Shown one piece after another: positions 39,361 to 50,783 of a stretch of 64,000 bases of DNA. How positions within the stretch are numbered: position 1 is the first letter of the stretch; each line of letters opens with the position of its first letter. The translations under genes and the position numbers were made by a program. This DNA comes from Takakia lepidozioides (lineage: Eukaryota; Plantae; Bryophyta): NCBI GenBank assembly GCA_030704615.1, contig CM060732.1:46190001-46254000 (forward strand), written 5' to 3'. The notes below the pieces were generated by a model. That model was not told the origin of the DNA, searched no databases, and worked only from the letters and a program-made list of their open reading frames with translations.

Positions 39361-40698
39361 GCCCCCCCTTCCCCCATCATTTGCTCATAGCTCTCCAAAG
39401 CCTCCATCCCACGTCCCTGCCGCGCATACCATGCAAGCATCGCACTCCACGACACCACATCTCGTTCAGCCATAGTGTCGAACACTCCCTTTGCATCCTA
39501 GATGCACCCACATTTTACAAACATGTTCACCAGGGTTTTGTTCAGGATGACATCTGGTTCAATTCCAACTCTGAAGATGTCGCCATGGACCTCTTTCCCC
39601 TAAGCTGCCAGGGCAGTGTTCAGATTGACATTTGGCACAATTCCAGCTTTGATGATATCCCCATGCACCTCTTGCCCTTCATTTTGCATACATGTCCACC
39701 AGGGTATCTCTGAAGATGTCACCATGGACCTCTTTCCCCTTTTCCAGAGCTGCCAGGGTAGTGTTCAGATTCACATTTGGTACAATTCCAGATTTGATGA
39801 TATCCCCATGCACCTCTTTGCCCTTCTCCAGGCCGGCTACCAGGCTTGCACAAGCATTGCAAATGCACACAAACATGATGTGCTTCCCCCATCATTTGCT
39901 CATAGCTCTCCAAAGCCTCCATTCCACATCCTTGTTGTGCATACCCTGCAAGCACATCATATCGCACTCCACGACACCACATGTCGTTCAGCCATAGTGT
40001 CGAACACTCCCTTTGCATCCTAGATGCACCCACATTTTGCAAACATGTCCACCAGGGTATTGTTCAGATTGTCATCTGGTACAATTCCAGCTCTGAAGAT
40101 GTCGCCATGCACCTCTTTCCCCATTTCCAAAGCTGCCAGGGCAGTGTTCGATTGACATTTGGCACAATTCCAGCTTTGATGATATCCCTATGCACCTCTT
40201 GCCCTTCTCCAGGGCTGCCAGGCTTGCACGCACATTGCAAATGCACACAAACATGATGTGCTTCCCCCATCATCTGCTCATAGCTCTCCAAAGCCTCCAT
40301 CCCACATCCCTGCCGTGCATACCCTGCAAGCATTGCACTCCACGACACCACATCTCGTTCAGCCATAGTGTCAAACACTCCCTTTGCATCCTAGATGCAC
40401 CCACATTTTGCAAACATGTTCACCAGGGTATTGTTCATAATGACATCTGATACATTCCAGCTCTGAAGATGACGCCATGGACCTCTTTCCCCTTTTCCAA
40501 AGCTGCTAGGGTAGTGTTCAGATTGACGCTTGGCACAATTCCAGCTTTGATGATATCCCAATGCACCTATTGCCCTTCTCCAGGGCTACCAAGCTTGCAC
40601 AAACATTACAAATGCACACAAACACGATGTGCTTCCCCCATCATTTGCTCATAGGTCTCCAAAGCCTCCATCCCACGTCCCTGTCGTGCATACCCTGG
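39361..40698 (-). pseudogene. Degenerate tandem PLS PPR array (~375-bp units)
   Basis: Repeated MFDTMAERDVVSWSAMLAGYARQGCGMEALESYEQMMGE / FVCICNACASL..LEKGKEVHGDIIK / LVDMFAKCG segments with frameshifts. Confidence 0.92.
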
Positions 40699-40699
40699 A

Positions 40700-41365
40700 C
40701 CAAGCTGACTCTCCCAAGAACCTTGTAAACATCAGCGAGGACTTAAGTGCGCAGCAATGATAGGGCTTAGTGGGGCTTAGTGCTTGAGGGAAAGAAAAAA
40801 CATCGCATTGGTCCATGAGAACCACCATGGTGCAGCTAAGCGAACAGAGATTGAAACACGACCTACTAAGACCAAGCTGACTCTTCCAAGAACCTTGTAA
40901 ACATCAGGAAGAATACCAAATCATCGTACGAACAGGAGCCAAAAGCCCACATTTGCAGGATGGACAAACTTCTTCACATCCTACATTAAGAAAAAGCCAC
41001 ACCTTGCGATTGCGATTGTCCCACCATCATGAAGGATCGTAAAAAACTCATGCGAGCTGCAAATTCAGGGCCGAGTCTGATGAGAGGGCAAAACAGGCTG
41101 AAATAGGTCGAAGAAGAAGGTGCCCTAACCACATTGTCGTCGACCTTGTGTCATGACCCATGGAGGATTTGACAGACCATGAACCCAAACGGACCTCTTG
41201 TGTGTACTACTTGTGTCTGTAGTCAGGTAATGTCGGATTGTCCAAGAGAACCACCACGGTGCAGCTGAGCGAGCAGAGATTGAAACTCGACCTGCTAAGA
41301 CCAACCTGCACGAGGACTTAGTGTGCACAACAACGATCGGGCTTTAGTGGGGCTTAGTGCATGAG
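40700..41365 (-). pseudogene. Scrambled 5' part of the PPR gene: duplicated putative N-terminus plus PDF-motif pieces
   Basis: ATG TTT ACA AGG TTC TTG (MFTRFL.ESAWS) occurs twice (~40905, ~40733). A ~110-bp block is duplicated (40730-40880 vs 41240-41365). NPTLPDYRHK..SVWVHGLSNPPWV lies at 41240-41155 and DPS*WWDNRNRK|GT at 41040-41003. Confidence 0.65.
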
Positions 41366-41554
41366 GGGAAAAAAAACAACGCGAGGAGTTTGAACCCGCG
41401 ACCCCGCGACATGCAGGAAGAGCCCTTACCAGTACGCTACATGCACACGTTTGAAATTTTCCCCCAAAAGTATGTATATATTATACATACGTGATGGGCA
41501 ACTTTTTAAGTTTTTTAACCTTTTCACAAACCCTATAAGCAATTTTTTTTTTAA

Positions 41555-41750
41555 TAATAAAATTTAAAAGAAACCTCAGGCCCTTGAGGAGGGGGAAAAA
41601 TTAACCCCCTTTCATTTATGGGCCATGAGACCTATAGGAGGATCAACGCCCAGACATACCGTCGTCACAAACAATCCCACACATGGAGTAATGCAGCGGG
41701 TTTGAACCCTGAATCACCAGGGCGACACACTTTGCACTTACTAGCCGATG
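41555..41750 (-). mobile_element. tRNA-derived SINE
   Basis: CCCTTGAGGAGGGGGAAAAATTAACCCCCTTTCA body and GGGTTTGAACC B-box, shared with the 46540 and 55240 copies. Confidence 0.7.
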
Positions 41751-41799
41751 TGTTTTTTTTAAATCTTTTGCACTTTGATTTTAAAAAAATCATTTTAGT

Positions 41800-42741
41800 G
41801 GTTACAAGTGAGCACATAGATGTATTCCATCGAGATAAACAAAACTGTTCATCCGGTGTCTTCACGGTGGATGTATCCCATGGAGTGTTACATGAAAGAT
41901 CTTAAGGGATACGTTAGGAATTACGCAAAGCCAGAAGAGAATACGGCTGCAGGGTATGTTCTGGATGAGGCCATGGGGTTCATGACTGAGTATATGCAAT
42001 CATTTGATGCAACTCAACAACGGACTTGGGATGCAAATGCGGAGGAAGGGGTTGAGGACGAGGTCTTTGAAGGTGTCGGCAAAAAGCGGGACATGACTGG
42101 AGCTGGGAGAGATGCAGCACAAATTTTGTATCTGCTGAACAATACCAATGTCATGGCTCTTTGGGCGCAGTGAGTACTTCTTTTCATTGCACCTTATTAA
42201 TCACCCAAAAAGTGGTACCAATCACTGTTGTGTAGGCAACCACTAGCATAGTGGTTCCAATTACTGCAGTATCTTTCACCACCCACTCTCTACCACTGTC
42301 AAAGTGGTACAAATCAATGAGGTGTCTTTAACCACTCAAGATCAACGTGCACTGTCCCAGTCCACGTGGAATATTATATTTATGAACTAAAATATATTTC
42401 CAAATAATAAATCACAAATAAAATTTGAATTATTACACGTGGAGTAGAAAGTGGTTTCAACCACTTCCCATCAGTGAGGTGTCTATAACCACTGCACTCG
42501 TCCACATGGAATATTATATTTATTAATTAAAATATATTAGCAAATAAATATAAATAAATATAAATAAATTATTACACGTGGACTACTGAGTGGTTGAAAC
42601 CACTTCCAACCACTGTCTGTGATGCCACTATGGCATTTCATTGGGATTAACCACTGACAAGTGGTTACTAGTGGTTTATAGAGTGGAAAAAGACAGTAGT
42701 GATTAAAGGGCCAGTGGTTATTCCACGTTTTTCTTCTAGTG
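41800..42741 (+). mobile_element. CACTA (En/Spm) remnant: transposase fragment and 3' terminus
   Basis: PVSSRWMYPMECYMKDLKGYVRNYAKPE..AAGYVLDEAMGFMTEY (DUF4218-like), many AACCACT/AGTGGT subterminal repeats, and the end TTTTCTTCTAGTG. Confidence 0.8.
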
Positions 42742-42889
42742 AAAACATTCATTTGCACAGTCATTTTTTGTCTATTTGTTCTTCCCTTTGTTATTCTCTT
42801 TGTTCAATATTTGAATAATACTAACCCTAATCTCTACTAACCCTAACGAGATAAGCATAGTCGTGGTTTTGATTGTTTAAAAGTTCCAA

Positions 42890-43110
42890 ACAACCCCTCA
42901 TATGATGCCGCGTGTCCACATATCATCATGTCATAGTCAGGATTATGACTGCAACACCTCCTCAATACATGCCACGTGTCTACATATCAGCATGTTGTAG
43001 TCAGGATCATGACTACAAGACCTCCTCAATATATGCCACGTGTCCAGATATTAGCATGGTTGTAGTCAGGATGATGACTACATGACCACCTCATGGATAT
43101 ACCACGTGGC
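42890..43110. repeat. ~60-bp tandem repeat (3.5 copies)
   Basis: CCTCAATATATGCCACGTGTC.A.ATATCAGCATG.TGTAGTCAGGAT.ATGACT recurs. Confidence 0.8.
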
Positions 43111-43376
43111 AGATTCTGGAGATGCCATATGGCGCACATCCACAAAACCTCCTGGACTTATTAAAGACACATGTACAGCTGCAGCAGCACACTAAGTCAT
43201 GTATGATAGAAGTACGTATGACTGCCACATGACAGTGAGATGTATCACTTGGTTCATCTGACTGCAGTCATCCATGACCGACCATACTGTACTTATTGTA
43301 TTCACTTGGTTTGCACGACTTAAAGTCATTGCAGTCATATATACCATTTAAGACTACGGGATAGTCATATATACAG

Positions 43377-44020
43377 TCATATATACCGCGATCTGTTGTA
43401 GTGAGATGAGGGTGGATCATCTGCAGAACCTTCACTTGGTGTGCGCACTATTCCCCTTCTGGGCCCAAGAGCAATCACAGTAAGCCCAGTCTGATTCAGG
43501 TTTGGAATTGTGAATGTCCTATCCAATTCCCGTGCGCATTGAATAAGTGTAGGGCCACCAGGGGTGTGCGGCAGTTGGACGTTGCCATCTGGAATGTGCT
43601 TGGCAAGCAATATGGAACTGCAAACAAACCCCTCCAGCTGTTTGTTTCTGACAAATCCATACGCTTTCGCATGAGACATATACCAGTAATGGGTGAGGAC
43701 ATCACCAGTGAGTTCGGAGATGAGCCAATCTACCCTTCTGCTAGTCAAAACACTTTTGGTGCACTTCAATTGCGCTTTGAGGTTGCCATGATAAGCTTCT
43801 ATGGCAGCATTAGTATCTTGAGAGGCATGTGGTATGTTTCTAGAACCTTTCATCCACATTTTCGCTTTCGGAAGCCACTCGGTGTCCATGTAGTCGCACA
43901 ATACAGTTTCGTTGGGGTACTTCTCCCGCAAGGAGATGATTTGGTATACTGCCCAAGCCTCACCTGCATCCCCATATGTGTTTTTTCTGTCGTACATGAT
44001 CTTTGCAAGATCCTGTAGTG
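43377..44020 (-). mobile_element. Mutator-like (MULE/SWIM) transposase fragment
   Basis: YMDTEWLPKAKMWMKGSRNIPHASQDTNAAIEAYHGNLK..RRVDWLISELT..HYWY; the SWIM region is frameshifted. Confidence 0.8.
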
Positions 44021-45704
44021 TGAAAAGAAGGGGGCATAAATCCCCTTCTGTGTAATTCTAACTGTACTTCTTCCAGTAAAAAGAACAACCTAGCAATCTA
44101 CCAGCGGCACACGGTTATGGGTTTCCCTCCTATCGTTCATGATCAGAGTTCATAAATCCTCATCCACACCGTAGCGGAAGAGAAAACATGGATGGGGATT
44201 GAATCATTCTTGTTCATGATTTACACAATCTTTATACAATTGTAGCACCAATGGTGCTGCTGTGATGTTTTCAGTGATACAACCAGCCTTATGACAGAGC
44301 TAAATGCGACCCATGTGGGCACCACCCTTGAGCAACACACGTCGAAACCCCTTTTGTAATGAGATCACTGATAAGAGAAAGGCAACTCAGATCTGCCATG
44401 AATTACAGGCCTAGTGATTCTCTGCAGATGTCATGGTTTTTCCTCTATCTTCCAGTTGACCATCCCTCATTACTTTTTTTACTGAGCAGCTCTCTCCCTT
44501 CCCAAACCTTTTCTCTTTCCTTCCTGCTGTAAAATTCCTCATTTTCTTCCGACCAGCAGCCTAATCTACATGCAATGCAAACACCTTCAGCCATGTATCC
44601 AGTGAATCCAGCCTTGGAATCAAACCTTGGTCACACAAGACATGATGTGAAACAGTTTAGGCATGCCATGTAGGAGGCTTCATCAGGAATGTGTGCTTTA
44701 GTTGTTATTTTGTTTGATGAGATGTTCGGAGATACAGAATGAGGGCCGAAGACAGTGGGGACATGTGGTCAATCAGCTGGATGAAAACAGTCATTCGCTA
44801 AATGATGTCCATCCGTTTTGGAGGCACATTCAATGTTGTTTCAAAATTTCAAATTTGAATGTTCACGGACTCCAATATAGTGTGTCTGTACTGCAGGACT
44901 CGTTCAAATTTCGAATATGTATGTTTGAGTAGTCATGTGCGTGTATGATGGGAAAGTCATCATGCGATGGCTGTATTTCCTGCATTCATGGGACATGCAT
45001 GAGGGTTGCATGCAATACTTGACAGTGTCATGGCGAGGGATGGACCCGGCGCGGGGGTGGAGGGGTTGGGGGGCGGCAAGTGCGGCGACTGCGGGCTGCG
45101 GCGGCACCCGGAGGGGGGTGCAGGGCAGAGGGCGGGGGTGGGGCCGTGTAGGCCGGCCCCATGAGGGAGCATTGAACTCCCGGGCCTCATTTATCACTTG
45201 CCTATCTATTACTTGGCCAGACTTAGTAGGGTTTGCCCACGGCCCGCCCTCTTGAGTTCAATATTTTTTCACCTAAACGCCCTTCCTCGGATGTAACCCG
45301 GCCTTGCACATTGGATTTCTGCCATGTGGCGGACTTTGACGGCCATTTCCGTGTTTTGTAATATAAGAACCGTCCAGGCCTTGCCAACTAAGGCAGATTT
45401 CCTGTTTGTAATGAAATGGAAAGGCAAATATCCTTCCTAAAAGTAGGGCACCCAGTTGATTTCCGCTTCGGCCATTTTTCCCCCTGGGATCCATTTCCTG
45501 AGGTTTCATATTTCATTCTGGAATTCAGTCGGCTAGCATGTAACTGGCTGCCGGTTCTCCCAGTTGGTTGGTTCAAAGTCTTTGCTTTGCATTAATTTAC
45601 GCTTCCTTGGGGCAACTCCAAAATCAGATGCGCCTGGGATAGTTCACACATGCGTCGCCACAACATAGCAAAACAAGGATGAGGCTTGGGCTGACACAAT
45701 TAGG

Positions 45705-46044
45705 GTATGTTGGCCTATGACCGTTCAAATAACGATGGTGAAAAATCTAATGGTGAATTTTTGTCATTTTTACCTCAGGTAGATTTCATAAGGTGTCCCA
45801 CATAAGGGGCAACCTACAAACTTGGAACTATTTGATTTCATGAATCCTACACAAAGTTGTAGGGTTTCAAACTCGAACCAATCAGAATGCTTGTATACAC
45901 CAAGAGCCCACTCACACTTTTTGGGGGGGTTATATCAAATGATTGTTTACCAAGTGGCAAAAATGGACAGTCTTGGGACCAGCACTGCATGGTCATAGGT
46001 ACTGACAGAAGCGTCAATGGGGTGTTCGGTCATAGGCCAACCTA

Positions 46045-46045
<1 letters not shown>
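45705..46045. mobile_element. MITE with 19-bp TIR
   Basis: GTATGTTGGCCTATGACCG / CGGTCATAGGCCAACCTAC (18/19 inverted match). The TSD is unclear. Confidence 0.6.

Positions 46046-46047
<2 letters not shown>

Positions 46048-46098
<51 letters not shown>
46048..46098. repeat. (GA)n microsatellite
   Basis: About 25 GA units. Confidence 0.95.
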
Positions 46099-46099
<1 letters not shown>

Positions 46100-46361
46100 A
46101 GCTCAGAGAGAGCGGTGAGTGGGCCCAACGAGGGAGAGTAATGAATGAACATTCAAATTGCAGTGTCCAAAAGTGCGTGCCCAGATCCATCTGCGAGGAT
46201 TGAGCAGATTAATGATATGGGCGGCAGCAGATAAGCCTGCCATTTTTTCCTTGATCATTATCCCTCGTGCTCATCACGGGACAATCATTCGCCCCTCTCA
46301 CAGGGATCCTCTCTCTGACTTTTAGCACCCAGGTGCCAGATTTCAAACTATTGATTCCAGT

Positions 46362-47787
46362 CAAGGCTGATTTTTGCACCTGACACAAGGCATTTGACAG
46401 GCAAAAAAAGGCAAAAGAAAAAACGGCCTGTCAAAAGTTAGCAAAAACAAAAAATTGTCTGTCACAGTGAAAGGCAAAAAAGAAAATGGCCTGTCAAAAG
46501 AAAGGTAAAAATTACAAAGGAAATGTACAAGCAACATCGACTGGTAAGTTAAGTGCACAATGCGTCCCCTTGGTGGTTCAAGGTTCAAAGCCGCTGCCCT
46601 GCTCCCTGTGGGTGGCGTTATCTGGATGTTATCGTCCGTTGTGCCTCCATGGCCCATAAATGAAAGGGGTTATTTTTCCCCCTCCTCAAGGGAATTGTGG
46701 GATGTCAGTTGCGTGTTGCATGCAGGCCTCTAGGTTGGCTTACTCTTCAGGGGGTCTTGGGTTCTACCTTCAATGAAAGCTACATTGGCCCATGAGTAGA
46801 GCTGTGTGGTTTGTAGATCTTTATCATAAACCTTAACAGCGCTAACTTACCCACGTTTCAGGTGATCGGGTCTTAAGTCCTGATCATTGTTTTGCAATAT
46901 GTATTTGACTCTAGCTGCTTTGGTACGCTCCAGCACGTCATTTCTGTTTATTGGAAGAATACAATCCCAAGATTAGCTAGCTGAATTTTGATGATTTTGA
47001 TCTTCAAAGCGTTCTCATCGGTGAATTTTTCCTTTAAATTTGAAAAATAGCACGAGTGGCTATTAAATTTTACAAGAAATAGCTATATATTCTGTTCATC
47101 CATTGAAATTTGGATAGAATCATCCTCCTATGTACTTTCATCCATTTAGATCATCCATTGTTATTTTATCGTTGTAGAAGTTTGGCGATTTCATCCATGG
47201 AAAATTGGGAATTTATGACAGAATATTCCATTTTAAAATTTTAAGGTTTCGCCAAGGCAGAAAACACTGGTTCTCATATACTCCAGGTTGTGAAATGGCA
47301 ACTTTAGTCATTTAGCGCTCAAGATTTACTTCAAGAAACAGGCACTTGGGCCTTAAGTTCACAACAACCTACGTAGTAGTTCCGGGATGCAGCTATTGAG
47401 AGCCTCGCCTGCATGCAAAGACTGGTTGTCAAAGCCCCTCCCCGGTCTGTTGGACACATTACATTGTAACGGGCACTTATAATTAGGACCCCAGCAATTT
47501 GCGCTTTCTTAGGTGTGGTGCGCATGATCCAGGGAGTCTTCCAAGGTCCAGCAAGCAACATAGTCTAAGTGATTGAGCCCCCAAAGATGTCTAAGAAGTT
47601 CACACTTCAAACTACACACTTCTTTTAATTTTTAATTTTTAATTTCATATGACATGGTTGTGTGAAAGGTCAAAATCTTGTCAACCTGTCATGTGAAAGT
47701 CATTTTCTGAAAGTTGTCTGTCATGAAAGTAAAAAAAAAATTAACCTGTCACAAAAAAGGTAGGGCTACCTGTCAAAAACAACATTG
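46362..47787. mobile_element. Non-autonomous hAT element with a nested SINE (46540-46692)
   Basis: 8-bp TSD ATTCCAGT (46354-46361 and 47788-47795), imperfect TIR CAAGGCTGATTTT/AAAAACAACATTG, and CTGTCA subterminal repeats at both ends. Confidence 0.8.
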
Positions 47788-49338
47788 ATTCCAGTGCACT
47801 GTTGTCGTCGCAGAAGTCACTGTTGTTCTAAAGTTTCTTGCAGCTCGGTACAAATTCTTGGAAAATTCGAAAATTCCCTCTGTCTTGTGAAACAGGAATC
47901 ACTTGGACATCTGGTCGGACTCATAGCCGTATCAGGTCTCCAAGGTGAACAGCCACCACTACTGGAGTCGACAGAACAAGGTGGGTAAGTACGACACTGT
48001 CGGATGTTGAAGTGGTGGAGTGGAGTGAACCTTGAGTAGGATACATGGCACACAGGACTGTACCACACATGAACTTTACTCGCTGAAAATGTTTTTGAGT
48101 CACCGGTAGTATCTGGCTACCGAATGCCTGCTTCAATTCTTCTTCAAATTGATTCTCCTTCAAAGTCCCTACAAATTTATTCTTATGAATAAATAACGTG
48201 ATCCCAGCGATACAACTACGACTGTATTTGTAAGGTTTACGTTTACATATCCACCGACGGAGACTGCTACAGAGAAAGAAACTTGATGTTGCTTACTTGT
48301 TGCCCTGGCAAATTTTGGATCATGTAGCAGTTATGTCTGACTGAGATTGCTGTCGAAGGACTTTCCTAGAACTAAGTTTTAAGTGCTGGATTTTTCTTTG
48401 GTGGAAAACTCAAGCTGGGTGCTCAACACTGTTCTCAAGCCTTCACCATGCATTGCACAATCCATTTGCATCAATGATCGATGTACCAGTAGAACCCTTG
48501 TACAGATTGATGAAAGACTCCTGTCAACCATGTGGGACTAGCTAATCATAGAATGGATAATATTAACACCTCTTCGTTGACCTGCCTGGCACTTTTTGGG
48601 GCCGCGAATTTGTACATGTCGAAGTATCTCTGCCATGGCGTGATCATCGGCGCAGCTATGGAGGGAAGGAAGTTGGGTGTAATTAATTTTGTCTCTTTCT
48701 CTGAGTGCCAGTGACTTCCGTGTTGCAGCTCGAGATGTTACGTCGACGGGTCCAGAGAACCATGGGACGGAGTACAACACTTCAGTTTCTTCACGCCGCA
48801 AGTTCGCTCACATTCAAATATTGCTAATGCAAAGTGAGAAGAAGAGAGACGAGATCAAACAGCTAGCTAGAACAACCACAAGGGCAGTGTTCTAAATAAT
48901 TTAGTGAATCCACTAAACAAGAATACAGCAGCGCGCGGTTCTTCATTTGACCTTGCGCGCAATTTGGAAAGAACAAAAAGGAGAGGGGAGCCTGGCGGGT
49001 CCCAATAATACCGGACTTGACCATATTTTCTCTGTTTCCCCAGCGGGGGGAAACAGAGCTGTTTACTCGACAGACTGAATCCTCAGAGCATTTTACTTTT
49101 TCCTGCTAACTGAACTGTTCCGAGCTACTTACTCTATAATGAGGCGAGGTGACTGAGCCGCAGTGACCAAAAGTTTCCTAGCTGGTATATCTGAGTGAAG
49201 CCTAAACCCTTCTGGGCGAAAATAAAGCTTCTCATGGCTGTACAATATATTTAAAGCCGCTGATGCAAAAGTTCAAGGAGGAGATGTCCTGGAAGTACTA
49301 TATACAGGGTTGGCAATGTCGCGCGCATGACTCACCAA

Positions 49339-50184
49339 TCATGAGAAAATCTCATCGAGTAGTGGCTCATCCAGTGACATACTGGGAAGGTCAAAAGAAG
49401 GGGGAGAGGGAATGTTTGCATCTAAAGAACTCCAATCGTCGATGCCCAAGCCCGGTATCGCGTACGGCTCCAGCATGTTATCCCACGAGATCTCTGTAGG
49501 CAAGCAGCACGGGCTCCCACTTTCGGGCCAGAAAGATGTTGGCGACTGATGAGCACTCGGTAACAGCATCTGATCAGCAGCGGTACTCCTCTTGGGCGCA
49601 TCGACAAACTCGTTGCTAATGGAGGACGACGAGGTGCTGCCGATGGATGAAGACGGCGTCAATCCAGACTCTGCTTTGCTCGGAGAGTACTTCAAAAGCT
49701 CTTGCTGGAAAAATGGTGAAGGCGTCGCATGAGAGACTTGCGACTCTGGCTTTGGATTTGGATGGCGGGGACTAGAGGAAGCCGAGTGTACAACGCAGCG
49801 CGAAGGCGATGAACTCATGGACGACTCCGGCTTGCTGGAAGAGTACGAGTGCATTTGATGCGGAAGATTCAGATGCGCCCCAGGCCCATGGTAAGTGAGT
49901 GCAGCTTCATCATACGCACGAGCAGCCTCCATAGCTGTAGCAAAAGTGCCAAGCCACATCCGAGTCCGCAACCGAGGCTCACGAATCTCTGCCACCCAAC
50001 GACCCCATTGCCTCTGTCTCACCCCCCTGAATGCATGCAATCCATTCTCCGGCCCACCCCTCCTCTGCCTCGTTCCTTCCCGACTCCCCGACTCCGAATC
50101 GGGCCCCCCTCTCGTCTCTCTCGTCCTCTTCCTCCCCTGCGAACCCATCTTCTGCTGCATTACAATTCCCGCAGCTCCCTCCAT
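49339..50184 (-). CDS. AP2/ERF transcription factor, DREB2-like (A-2), intronless
   Basis: [67 protein letters not shown] has V14/E19 and the GGPEN motif; the C-terminus is acidic. Confidence 0.92.
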   Translation of the reverse strand: MEGAAGIVMQQKMGSQGRKRTRETRGGPDSESGSREGTRQRRGGPENGLHAFRGVRQRQWGRWVAEIREPRLRTRMWLGTFATAMEAARAYDEAALTYHGPGAHLNLPHQMHSYSSSKPESSMSSSPSRCVVHSASSSPRHPNPKPESQVSHATPSPFFQQELLKYSPSKAESGLTPSSSIGSTSSSSISNEFVDAPKRSTAADQMLLPSAHQSPTSFWPESGSPCCLPTEISWDNMLEPYAIPGLGIDDWSSLDANIPSPPSFDLPSMSLDEPLLDEIFS

Positions 50185-50749
50185 CTCCCCCTCTCCAGCT
50201 CCACCTCCAACTACTTGCCCTCCTCCTCCTCCTTACCATCATACCTTCATACCCCCGCCCCCTGCATTCTCTCTTCTGTCTGTCCCCCCTCTACATCCCC
50301 GCACATGCCCCCACTCCTAGCAGCGCACTGCGGGCGCCACCTTCCTTCCTTTCGTTGCGGCGCGGCGCTGGCGCGCATCGAAGAGCCGCGCTTGCGTGGC
50401 CCCCCCTCCTCCGTCCTCCGACCCACTTGACATTTTCTTTCTACATATTGTATGCATGTCTCTAATATATTTTACGTGGTATAATGACGATGTTCTAATA
50501 TTATTGTCTTCACATACTATACGATCCGATCACACAGAAGCAAACCCACCCCAGATATTATTTGTAATATTTCGTGAATGCAGGCAGTCGGTTATGTGAT
50601 GATATCTAAAAATGGAAAACAATTTTTTGTCTATTTGGAGCCCGCCCAGCAAATTAGTTTCTACTTTTATTCGTTGTTCCCATATATAAACTATTGACCG
50701 TGTTTGTCACCTTTTGCGCGGGCGGAAGAGTGTTTGATTCTTGTGAGCG

Positions 50750-50750
50750 A

Positions 50751-50783
<33 letters not shown>
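50750..50783. repeat. (GA)n microsatellite upstream of the DREB gene
   Basis: Seen directly. Confidence 0.85.

Noticed and set aside
42820-42848. Telomere-like CTAACCCTAA
   Set aside because: Only two short units, too few for an interstitial telomere.
49849-50465. Long plus-strand Pro/Ser-rich ORFs
   Set aside because: They are antisense to the GC-rich DREB CDS and its 5' UTR.
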